A stretch of 64,000 nucleotides of DNA from Spirochaetaceae bacterium. GTDB lineage: Bacteria > Spirochaetota > Spirochaetia > DSM-2461. Under the pieces are notes generated by a model. The model was given only the letters and a program-made list of their open reading frames with translations. It was not told where the DNA came from and did not search any database. Positions 50,214 to 59,462 of the stretch are shown piece by piece. The stretch lies in contig OZ245056.1 in assembly GCA_965224705.1 (NCBI GenBank), positions 2,912,001-2,976,000 of the forward strand. Direction: 5' to 3'. Position numbers and translations under genes: made by a program. How positions within the stretch are numbered: position 1 is the stretch's first letter; each line of letters starts with the position of its first letter.

Positions 50214-51170
50214 TCAATTTACTTTGTTTTTTATCTCTCCTTTAATAAAGGATGACAAATTATCAACAGCGATATCCATCAATCGGCGTCTGGCTTCCAG
50301 GGGAGCCCATGCAATATGCGGTGTAATGAAGCAGTTTTTGGCCGTCAATAATACATTGTCCTTATCAATCGGCTCGGTTGATGCCACGTCCAGCCCTGCG
50401 GCTCTGATCTTCCCGGCGTTTAAAGCGTCCGCCAAATCCTGCTCGACAATTAACGGCCCCCGGGCTGTGTTAATCAGAATGACGTGATTTCTCATTTTTG
50501 CCAGGCTCTCTGCGTTGATCATCCCTTCGGTTGATTCAAAAAGCGGGCAGTGAAGGGAAATAACATCCGATGACGCATATAACTCATCCAGGGAAACATA
50601 TCTCATCGATTCATCTTCCAGGGCTTCGTTTTTATACACATCGTAGGCATAAACGGTCATTCCGAAAGCTTTCGCAATTTCACCGACGGCCTGGCCGATT
50701 TTTCCGTAGCCGACAATTCCAATTATTTTTTCTGCCAGTTCGGTAGGGGGGAAGAGCCAGTAGCAGAAATCGGGTTTATCTGACCAGTCACCCCTTTTTA
50801 CCGAGTTGTTGTGATCCTGTACATGGTGACAGATATTCAAAATATGGGCAAAAGCGAATTGGGCGACGGAGGTGGTTCCGTAGGCGGGGATATTGCAAAC
50901 GGGTATTCCCTTTTTCGATGCGGCTTTCACGTCGACCACGTTGTAACCTGTTGCCAGAACACCGATGTACTTTATATTGGAGCAAGTCTCAAGGGTCTCC
51001 TTCGTTACGGGTGTTTTGTTTGTTATGACCACATCAGCATTCCCAATTCTTTCAGCCGCATCGGTGTCAGTTGTTCTGTCGTAGTATCTGACTGTTCCCA
51101 GTTTTTCAAATTCTTCCCAGGATAAATCACCGGGATTCAAGGTGTAACCGTCAAGGATTACAATTTCCAT
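50214..51170 (-). CDS. D-2-hydroxyacid dehydrogenase (glycerate dehydrogenase / hydroxypyruvate reductase-like)
   Basis: ATGYNVVD, GYGKIG, SLHCP, INTARG and TPHIAWA motifs. Confidence 0.93.
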   Translation of the reverse strand: MEIVILDGYTLNPGDLSWEEFEKLGTVRYYDRTTDTDAAERIGNADVVITNKTPVTKETLETCSNIKYIGVLATGYNVVDVKAASKKGIPVCNIPAYGTTSVAQFAFAHILNICHHVQDHNNSVKRGDWSDKPDFCYWLFPPTELAEKIIGIVGYGKIGQAVGEIAKAFGMTVYAYDVYKNEALEDESMRYVSLDELYASSDVISLHCPLFESTEGMINAESLAKMRNHVILINTARGPLIVEQDLADALNAGKIRAAGLDVASTEPIDKDNVLLTAKNCFITPHIAWAPLEARRRLMDIAVDNLSSFIKGEIKNKVN

Positions 51171-51173
51171 AAT

Positions 51174-51224
51174 TTACTCCTGTATATGCATTTTTATAGC
51201 TGAATTCACGATATTCTCAATGGT
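51174..51224 (-). pseudogene. Last 16 codons of a second transketolase C gene
   Basis: Matches about 35168-35215; ends ...KMHIQE*. Confidence 0.8.
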
Positions 51225-51225
51225 A

Positions 51226-51744
51226 GAGACTCTTCAAAAACTCTTCAAATTGAATTAGGGGACCATGAAGACCATACCAGAAATCAGAGGCGGAGTGCAA
51301 GCCCTGCTGCCGCTTGAATACGAACTGCTGAATTGCAGCACCGCCCCTTTCTCCGTCATCTTCGGGTCAAAATCTTTCTGCTTTCTGAAACTCGATAACG
51401 GATGATGGTCTCCCCCGCATATAGAGCGTGCGGCCACATCATTGTAGGTGGCGTCCTCTATCATGCGCGATGAGAATCGCCCGGCGGCATAACAATAAAT
51501 GAGCAGGCACAGCATCATTCGTGGTGAATACTGGGCATGGGCCTCTCTGGTTAATAGCGAAACTATGGATGTCTATGGTATCCACGGCATCTATTATGTA
51601 ATGGGCCAGACTGTCTTTCTTTACCCAATCCCGGAGATCCGGAGGAAACAGCATGGGCGTTTCCCTGTCTACAGTTACAAATTTTGATGATATGGCTTTG
51701 AGGGTAACAGTTTTGCGCATTCTCTCAAAGTCCGACAGGCTCCT
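51226..51744 (-). mobile_element. MITE piece plus IS1182-family left-end remnant
   Basis: MLFPPDLRDWV...LIYCYA.GRFSSR.IE (DUF772-like); IR aagtccgacaggctcct at 51728-51744. Confidence 0.85.
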
Positions 51745-51842
51745 GGGAAAGTACAGGTAAAGGAGCAAGACGAATCCTTGTGGTAGAGATTGAGCTATTT
51801 AAAAGGTCGATAAATGAAAAGATACAAGGAGATATATCAAGA

Positions 51843-52787
51843 ATGACGTTTGAACAAGCCAAGATAAGCTATTTCGAGTACTGCCGAAACGAACGGCGGC
51901 TGACAGATTTGACCCTAAAAGCCTATACATTAGATTTTAGACAATTTGAAAAATTCCTGGATAATAGAAATCTGAGCAAAACAGATCCTATCAAAAAGCT
52001 GGACCGAGACTTTGTAAAAACATATATACAAAAACTCAACAGTCAGTACAGCATCAGATCCGTAAAACGAAAAATCGCTTCCTTAAAGGCATTCTTTAAC
52101 TATTTGGAATATGAAGACCATATCCCCATCAACCCCTTTAGAAAAATCAAGGTTTCATTGCCCACCCCCAAAGACCTCCCTAAAACTCTCAACCTGAAAG
52201 AAATCTCAAAAATACTGGATGAAGCCTACAGGGAACTAAACAACGCCAAAACAGATTACCAACTTTTTACAGCAACCAGAAATATTGCCATAATCGAACT
52301 GCTCTTTGCCACAGGAGCCCGTGTCTCCGAAATAGCATCGCTCAAAACCGGAGATATTGACATCGACAATGGAAGCATAAAAATCCTGGGAAAAGGCAAA
52401 AAAGAAAGAATACTCTGCATCGGAAACAAATCAGTTCTCCTAGCCTTAAGAAAATACAACGCCCTCAAAAACCCCACCCAAAGCGGGAAAGCCTTCTTCA
52501 TCAACAGAAGAGGTCTGTCATATTCTACGCAATCAATACGCTTTCTTCTCAAGCACCTCACAGCCAACGTCCTTCCCGAAAAACGTGTAACTCCTCATAT
52601 GTTCCGGCATAGCTTTGCAACACTTCTTCTGGAGGAAGGGGTGGACATAAAATACATCCAATCATTTCTTGGGCATAGTTCCATTGTAACAACTCAAATA
52701 TACACGCATGTTTGCCAAAATAAGCAACGGTATATTCTGAAGATGCACCATCCAAGGGAACGAGCCTTGCTTGTGAATGAAGGATAA
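51843..52787 (+). CDS. XerC/D-like tyrosine recombinase
   Basis: N-terminal SAM-like domain; TGARVSE, GKG.KER, HMFRHSFAT, LGHS and TQIY motifs all intact. Confidence 0.95.
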   Translation: MTFEQAKISYFEYCRNERRLTDLTLKAYTLDFRQFEKFLDNRNLSKTDPIKKLDRDFVKTYIQKLNSQYSIRSVKRKIASLKAFFNYLEYEDHIPINPFRKIKVSLPTPKDLPKTLNLKEISKILDEAYRELNNAKTDYQLFTATRNIAIIELLFATGARVSEIASLKTGDIDIDNGSIKILGKGKKERILCIGNKSVLLALRKYNALKNPTQSGKAFFINRRGLSYSTQSIRFLLKHLTANVLPEKRVTPHMFRHSFATLLLEEGVDIKYIQSFLGHSSIVTTQIYTHVCQNKQRYILKMHHPRERALLVNEG

Positions 52788-52805
52788 CTACAAATCATAA
52801 AAGAA
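52777..52805 (+). other. dif-like recombination site, left copy
   Basis: ATGAAGGATAA-CTACAAA-TCATAAAAGAA; 19 bp identical to the reverse complement of 56213-56231. Confidence 0.7.
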
Positions 52806-53853
52806 TCCCCAAAAAACCAAATTGAATTAAAGTTAGTATGTGATACTCGGGAACAACTCGTAAAACAAGGATATGAGTACAAAAAAATCTATGATCATGA
52901 TTCAGATGCTGCTCTGAAATCCTTTCTTAATAACTATGATAAGGAAAAATACAAAATAGAATATCTAGGTGGAGTTCAAAATCTTATTGATCTACTTAAA
53001 TCTGACGATAAGTATCTATATGGAAGCAAAATAATCAATCTGTCAGAAGGACTAGTGGAGTCAAGCCGCAGACAACAGGTGCCTGTTATATTGGATTTGT
53101 TAGGAGTTAAATTTTCTGGTTCTCCAATTACTGCCATAGCATTAGCAGAAAACAAGTATTTTACATCGCTAGCTGTTTCAGCTATGGGATTTGATACCCC
53201 TGATAATTTTTTTCTTAATACCCTATACACAAAAAAATATTCCAGCTATATAGATGACACTCTAAAAAAGATTGAGAAAAAATAGGTTTCCGTATATAGT
53301 AAAGGGAAATAGAGAAGATTCATCGATAGGACTTAATCAAAATAATATTTGTTCAACAATTAGTGACATAAAAAAAACTATTCGTATAATGCAAAAGGAG
53401 TTTAAAATCAATGAGTTTTTAATTGAAGAATATACTTTTGGCTATGAGATAAGTCATTATATCATTGGAGATATAAACAATATTAAAGTTAGCGAAATAT
53501 TTTCAATCGCTTACAATGGTGTCTATTGCTTTCAACAACCATTTATTTTTGGATATGAAGAGAAAAAAGGTAAAAATAGAACCCGAATCCTAATCAAAGA
53601 AATTTCTGATTTAAAAAATTCAGCTGATAGTATAGAAAAGACTTCATTAAAAATCATGGAAAATATATGCGCATATGACTTTCTTCGAATTGACTACCGG
53701 GTCAATAATGGAAAACTTTATTTTATAGAATTAAATGTGGCGCCAGCAATCAGTGAATCAAGTGAACTAGGTTTCATTGGCAAGGTTCGAGGTAAAAAGT
53801 ACTCATGCTACATTAATTATATCATTGAATCATTTATAGAAAGAGTAAATTAG
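52797..53853 (+). pseudogene. ATP-grasp protein (D-Ala-D-Ala ligase-like), with an ATA start and one frameshift
   Basis: Open frame from 52797; NLSEG...R..QVP.ILD.LG..FSGS; FPYIVK...EDSSIGL; RIDYR...YFIELN..P; frameshift in the A-run near 53280. Confidence 0.8.
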
Positions 53854-53938
53854 GGTGCAAAAATAATACCCCATCCACTAAGTGGAATAAGAGGTTTTAT
53901 ATTCCATGTCGGCAAGGGGTTTATTAGGACTGATATTT

Positions 53939-54652
53939 TTATTTCATTTTTTTGTACTTGTTGTATTCATTCAAATAGTAATTAAATTTCTTCAAGTCAT
54001 TGTTCAATAAGTAATAATAATAGTGTGTTGAATATATTTTTCTGTAAAATCGTGAGTCTGTAACATTCTTAACCCTCAAATAGCCAAGTAATTTATGACT
54101 AATAGTTTTATTCTCTTCATTTTCGCTATCAAAATTAATATATAACTTAGATATAAACTTGTTCACCAGTAATACAACTTTTAAATACTCTTCAATATCT
54201 AACAAGGAGGCAGCCTGCAATTTTTTAAAAGCTTCTTCGGCATTACCTTTTACTAAGAAATATAACGCTATATTATTTAAGGCATATGCTCTGTTATTAG
54301 GGTTTATGAACTTAAATAGCATATTTGACTTGCAAATTGATTGGTAAGCTTTTTCATGTTCTCCTATTCGTAAATACTCATATCCTATGTTGTTAAGTAG
54401 TTTTGCCACTAAAGATTTTGAATCCATTTTTTTTGCAATTTCATAAGATTCATAAAGATATTCCAAAGATTTTTTGCCTTCGAAAAAATCAGGGCATATC
54501 ATCAGTAGACCAACCAAAGATTCTGATTTTTCTTCAAAATAAGTTTTATATGTATCAAGAAATAATGGTTCAGCTTCATTTTCTCGACTTGCAACTAATG
54601 AAAGGGAAATGATTTTATATGTAATTAATAACATTTTATCATCTATTGGCAA
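53939..54652 (-). CDS. TPR-repeat region, probably the frameshifted C-terminus of the upstream ATPase
   Basis: LLNNIGYEYLRIG and ALNNIALYFL..G TPR-like units; only 8 nt from the upstream stop, across an A9 run. Confidence 0.65.
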   Translation of the reverse strand: MPIDDKMLLITYKIISLSLVASRENEAEPLFLDTYKTYFEEKSESLVGLLMICPDFFEGKKSLEYLYESYEIAKKMDSKSLVAKLLNNIGYEYLRIGEHEKAYQSICKSNMLFKFINPNNRAYALNNIALYFLVKGNAEEAFKKLQAASLLDIEEYLKVVLLVNKFISKLYINFDSENEENKTISHKLLGYLRVKNVTDSRFYRKIYSTHYYYYLLNNDLKKFNYYLNEYNKYKKMK

Positions 54653-54660
54653 GTTTTTTT

Positions 54661-56211
54661 TTATAATCTGTCAACAAGCATGATGCATTCTTCAGTATAT
54701 AACAAACATGAAAATAATTTAACTTTAAGTATATAATACTCACTAAAAATTGCTTTACTTATTTTTGATCCTGTAACTTTTTCTAGGATTTCATAAGATT
54801 CTTTAAATTTATTTATTTCAAATAATACTGTTGAATAATTAATCAAAATATTTGTGGAGATACTTTTGGAATGATTAATCAAATTAGAATAAACATCTCT
54901 TGCTTCATAAAATCTCTTATTGACAAACAGTATTTGTGCATATTCTTTATTTTCGTATTCCCATATCTCAGGGATCATAGCTGAATAAGAATGATGTGCA
55001 CGCAGTTTTGCCAGTAAAATATGATCCTTTTTAGTATGGTACTCCTCATGAATAATGAAGTTATAGATTTCAGAATGGATCCTTGGCAAATCCATTTGAT
55101 GCTTTTTGTAATATTCATATAGAAGTTCAAAAATTTTATCATGCCGAAATCCAATCAGCTGTGATTCTTGATCCACATCCAATATATCACTATCCGACAA
55201 TTTAAAAACCAAATTCTCAAGTAAATCCCTATGGAATTCTGATGGTCCGTATATTTTGGTATATAAATTTTTTAGTTTCGATACAGATATTCTTGAAGAA
55301 TATATTGTCAATATTTTTAGTACATTATTTTCGCTTGTCGAAAGATCACTAAAATCAATGCCTAATTTTTTTAATAAAGTACTTTTGATTTTTTCTAGGT
55401 CGAAAGAGTCATTTTCTAAGACAACTGAGTTATTACGATACAATTTGCTAAGTAGGGATCTTAATTCAAAAAGCGAACCTTTGCAATAATCAAAAATTAG
55501 AGAAAAATAATCACCAAGGCTTTCAAACTCAGAAAATCTACTGAATTTATCTTTTAAAATTTCATCAAAGAATTCTTTGTCAATGAACTTGTCTAGTCTA
55601 ATTATGATGTGAGGAATATTATCTTCAAGATAGAATCTCATAGTATTGTTTAAATATTCTTCTGTTGTAATGAAGATCAGTTTTAGCCATTTTTTATCAT
55701 ATGATAATGCAAAAAAATCTTTCATCTTTTGAAATGAGTCATTATCACAATTGGAAAAATTGTCGAGCACGATTGTAATTGGCTTGCGGATCTTATTATG
55801 TATCATATTTAATGCATCAAAGATTACTTTTCCAATACTATGATTACTTTTTAAAAATGCTGAAATTAAATTGTCAATGCTGTCAGAATCAACTTTGATG
55901 GCTAAACTAGCAAATGTTGTAGCAACAGCTTTAAACTTTTCAATAAGTGCTTCTTTTTGTTTGCGCTCTTTACTGATTTCTTTTGTCAAAATCTCTAAAT
56001 AACTTTGAGTCATTTCTTCTCTTGGTTTATTAGCATAAATTATGATTGTTTTCTTTTGATCCTTGAGTCCTTCTTTTGTAAATTTTGTTTTTCCAACACC
56101 GCTTTCTCCGTGAATCCAAATAGCATTTGTTTTATTTAGTGCATTCTTAAATTTTTGCATTTCATTTTTTCGATCGACAAATTTAAGATCGAAAAAATCA
56201 CTGCTTAGCAT
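54661..56211 (-). CDS. STAND-like P-loop ATPase with winged helix and TPR-like region
   Basis: FVDR..E, GESGVGKT (Walker A), IVLDNF (Walker B), FRHDKIFE..Y; very AT-rich. Confidence 0.8.
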   Translation of the reverse strand: MLSSDFFDLKFVDRKNEMQKFKNALNKTNAIWIHGESGVGKTKFTKEGLKDQKKTIIIYANKPREEMTQSYLEILTKEISKERKQKEALIEKFKAVATTFASLAIKVDSDSIDNLISAFLKSNHSIGKVIFDALNMIHNKIRKPITIVLDNFSNCDNDSFQKMKDFFALSYDKKWLKLIFITTEEYLNNTMRFYLEDNIPHIIIRLDKFIDKEFFDEILKDKFSRFSEFESLGDYFSLIFDYCKGSLFELRSLLSKLYRNNSVVLENDSFDLEKIKSTLLKKLGIDFSDLSTSENNVLKILTIYSSRISVSKLKNLYTKIYGPSEFHRDLLENLVFKLSDSDILDVDQESQLIGFRHDKIFELLYEYYKKHQMDLPRIHSEIYNFIIHEEYHTKKDHILLAKLRAHHSYSAMIPEIWEYENKEYAQILFVNKRFYEARDVYSNLINHSKSISTNILINYSTVLFEINKFKESYEILEKVTGSKISKAIFSEYYILKVKLFSCLLYTEECIMLVDRL

Positions 56212-56231
56212 AATTTGTAGTTATCCTTCAT
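56203..56231 (-). other. dif-like recombination site, right (inverted) copy
   Basis: ATGAAGGATAA-CTACAAA-TTATGCTAAGC; contains the ATG of the ATPase gene. Confidence 0.7.
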
Positions 56232-56282
56232 CAACATCATTCTAACCTAGTTTACTATAATCTGCAACAGTCAGAATCCTAT

Positions 56283-57679
56283 CCCCTATTTCTCACCAAA
56301 ACCTTGACACAAATCAGACTTTCTATCTTAAGATATTTATATGAAAAGAAATATTAAACGAAAAGAAGCCCGCTTTGATCATACAAAGTGTGAAGTCAAT
56401 CAGCTCGAATTGCAAAGACTGGAAATCAGAAAATCATTGTAAAGAATGACGGCAGGTCAACAATTTCGATGCCGGATTTCTTTTGCTCCAGCAGGTTGAG
56501 CAGAAGCACAGGATCATTGAAGAACTGTCAGATTCTTTCACCGATAAAAGAGATCAGGATAAATTACACATAACCTGGGTGCTCTTCTGAAACAGAGAAT
56601 CTTCGGAATCTGTCAGGGCTATGAAGATCTCAATGATCATGAACGATTGCGCGATGATCCACTGCTTCAATATATATGTCTCTGTGTTCTGTGATGATTT
56701 TCCCCTGATCGCCCGGCTGCGGCCGTCCAGCGTGGATGCCTGTGAGGGTACCGAAGAGATTCTGGTCAAGCTGGTTGGCGCGATCAGGGCCAGATTTCCT
56801 GATGTCCGTATCATTTTCCGTGGAGACTCGGGCTTCTGCCGTGAGAGTATCCTGAAGCAGTGTGAGATATTGAAAATCAGATATATCACCGGTATGGCAG
56901 GAAATACACGGCTGCTGAAGAAAATTGATCCGCAGATGGTTGAGGCTGAAAAGCTCTTCGGTAAAAGCAAAGAAGCCGAACGTGTTTACACCCGTTTTTC
57001 CTGGAAGACCGAAAGCAGCTGGAGTCGAAATCGGGATGTCATTGCCAGGGTGGAACATCTGCCGGGCAAGAAAAATCCCCGCTTTATTGTGACGGACATT
57101 TCTGCTGAAGAAGGGGATGCCCAATCGCTGTATGAAGATGTCTACTGTGCACGCGGCGATATGGAGAATCGCATCAAAGAGCAGCAGCTTTATCTGTTTG
57201 CCGACCGCACCTCCTCCTGGTGGATGAGTTCGAATCAGCTCCGATTGTACTTTTCGACAATCGCCTATATTTTCTTTGTCCATCTTCGAAGAATAATTCA
57301 GCAGGTCAGCGTTGATGAAACTCGAAGCATGTCCTCTACAATCCGATTAAGGATGCTTAAAGTTTCGGCCGCTGTAAAGATTACGGTTCGCCGAATCTGG
57401 ATCAGTCTGCCGGAGAGTTTTCCCTGGTGGGACATCTGGATACGAATATCCCGGGCCATCTGAGCGGTAATAAAAATAGTGGATAGTTCTCATCTGGATT
57501 CCCCGGGAAAGGTGTGCACCGAGGGTTGAAAAAACGGAAGAAAATCAGAAGAAATCGACTTAAATTGGACGGAAATAACAAGGATCAATCAACTGGAAAC
57601 TTTTTGCTTGATATATTGCCGGAGAGAACAGAAATTTTTCAGGATTTTTATGCCGTTTTATGCTGGTGAGAAATAGGGG
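56283..57679 (+). mobile_element. IS1380-family element, internally deleted and frameshifted
   Basis: Perfect 16-bp IR cccctatttctcacca; GYEDLND, RGDSGFCR and RGDMENRIKE motifs. Confidence 0.92.
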
Positions 57680-57856
57680 ATATAGCGTGCGGCCACATCA
57701 TTGTAGGTGGCGTCCTCTATCATGCGCGATGAGAATCGCCCGGCGGCATAACAATAAATGAGCAGGCACAGCATCATTTGCGGTGAATACTGGGCCATGG
57801 GCCTCTCTGGTTAATAGCGAATCTATGGATGTTTATGGCATCCACGGCATCTATTA

Positions 57857-59248
57857 GAGATATAATCAAAAGTTGTGGATAGGATAAAAAAGAGCAAATC
57901 TTCTTGTAGGATAGTTGGTGTGAAAACCATTACAAAAAGGAGATGCTCTATGAGTAAAGAAACTATCACAGAAGATGTTTTTCAGGAAGAGGCTGATCAC
58001 CAGTCTGTACTGGAAAAAGTATTACGGGAAGGAGCAAGACGGATGCTGCAGCAGGCACTAGAAAATGAGATTGAGGACTACCTCTCGAAGCATACTCAAA
58101 CTGATGAGAATGACCACCGTCTTGTTGTCCGAAACGGCTATCATCCACAGAGAGAGATTCTGACCGGGATAGGACCGATGAAAGTCAAAGCACCGCGAAT
58201 TGATGATCGGAAAATGACCCCTGAAAGAACTCAGCGGTTTATCAGTTCAATCCTGCCTCGTTATCTGAAAAAGATCCCCAGTGTGGATAACCTGCTCCCG
58301 GCTTTGTACCTGAAAGGGGTCTCGACAAATGATTTTCAAGACGCTTTAGCCTCTATCCCTGGAGAAGGAGCCAGAGGACTCTCGGCAACCAATATCGTCC
58401 GTTTGAAGAAATGCTGGGAGGATGAATTTAAGGCTTGGAATACCCGTGATTTGAGTGATAAGGAATACGCTTATATCTGGGTAGACGGCATTCACTTCAA
58501 TGTACGGCTGGATGATGACCGATGTTGTATTCTGGTCATCATAGGTGCCGATGAGCAGGGAAATAAGGAGTTGATCGCTGTTGATTCTGGGTATAGAGAA
58601 TCGGCTCTGGGCTGGAAAGAGATGTTATTGTCTCTTCGCAATAGGGGCTTGCAAGAGGCTCCCAAACTGGCTGTAGGAGATGGTGCTCCTGGTTTCTGGA
58701 AAGCCCTGGATGAGGTGTTCCCTCAGACAAAAAGGCAGCGTTGCTGGGTGCATAAAACGGCGAACATTCTGGATAAAATATCCAGGTCTGTTCAACCTAA
58801 GGCTAAGTCACTCATCCATGAAATGTACATGGCTGATACCGAGAAAAACGCACGAAAGGCGTATGATCGTTTCATCTCAGTGTATGAGAGTAAATACCCC
58901 AAAGCCACCGACTGCCTGAGGAAGGATCAGGATGATTTATTCACATTCTATTGCTTTCCGGGTATTCATTGGATGCATATCAGAACAACAAACCCGATTG
59001 AATCGACCTTTGCTGCTGTTCGGTTGAGAACCAGGCGCACCAGGGGTTGCGGCAGTCAGGTCGCCACCCTCACAATGGCCTGGAAATTATGTCTTGAGGC
59101 GCAAAAGAGGTGGAAGAGGCTCAGGGGATATAAGTTGATTCCAAAGGTCATCCAGGGAGCCTTCTGTAAAGATGGTGATTTTGTGGAATTAGTTGCGTAG
59201 GATGAAGATTTTGTTCTTTTTTTCATCCACAACAATTGACAGTATCTC
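57857..59248 (+). mobile_element. IS256-family element with a 9-bp target duplication
   Basis: Imperfect IRs gagata...gttgtggat; catctatta at 57848-57856 and 59249-59257. Confidence 0.95.
57950..59200 (+). CDS. IS256 transposase
   Basis: RNGY, WVDG, VGDG, QRCWVHK and RTTNPIES motifs. Confidence 0.95.
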   Translation: MSKETITEDVFQEEADHQSVLEKVLREGARRMLQQALENEIEDYLSKHTQTDENDHRLVVRNGYHPQREILTGIGPMKVKAPRIDDRKMTPERTQRFISSILPRYLKKIPSVDNLLPALYLKGVSTNDFQDALASIPGEGARGLSATNIVRLKKCWEDEFKAWNTRDLSDKEYAYIWVDGIHFNVRLDDDRCCILVIIGADEQGNKELIAVDSGYRESALGWKEMLLSLRNRGLQEAPKLAVGDGAPGFWKALDEVFPQTKRQRCWVHKTANILDKISRSVQPKAKSLIHEMYMADTEKNARKAYDRFISVYESKYPKATDCLRKDQDDLFTFYCFPGIHWMHIRTTNPIESTFAAVRLRTRRTRGCGSQVATLTMAWKLCLEAQKRWKRLRGYKLIPKVIQGAFCKDGDFVELVA

Positions 59249-59462
59249 CATCTATTATGTAATGGGCCAGACTGTCTTTTCTTTACCCAATCCCGGAGAT
59301 CCGGAGGAAACAGCATGGGCGTTTCCCTGTCTACAGTTACAAATTTTATGACATGGCTTTGAGGGTAACAGCTTTACGCATTCTTCAAAGTCCGACAGGC
59401 TCCTGGGAAAGTATCTGAGGATTTCAAGGAGGCGCAGAGAAGGATGCGATTTCGTTCATTAT

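Larger units (their letters stand above)
57681..59404 (-). mobile_element. Second IS1182 left-end remnant, interrupted by IS256
   Basis: 57681-57856 plus 59249-59404 match about 51420-51744. Confidence 0.9.

Noticed and set aside
51843..52787. Integron integrase or chromosomal xerC/xerD with the true dif site
   Set aside because: No IntI-specific insertion or attC hairpins were seen. The sites have a 7-bp spacer, occur as an inverted pair, and lie in a low-GC island.
52797..53853. ATP-grasp RiPP (graspetide) cluster
   Set aside because: No precursor peptide or transporter is present; the motifs are Ddl-like rather than RimK-like.
53883..53906. Third recombination site (ggaata...tattcc) between the convergent cargo genes
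   Set aside because: It lacks the CTACAAA spacer and the arm sequence; it may be chance or residual coding sequence.
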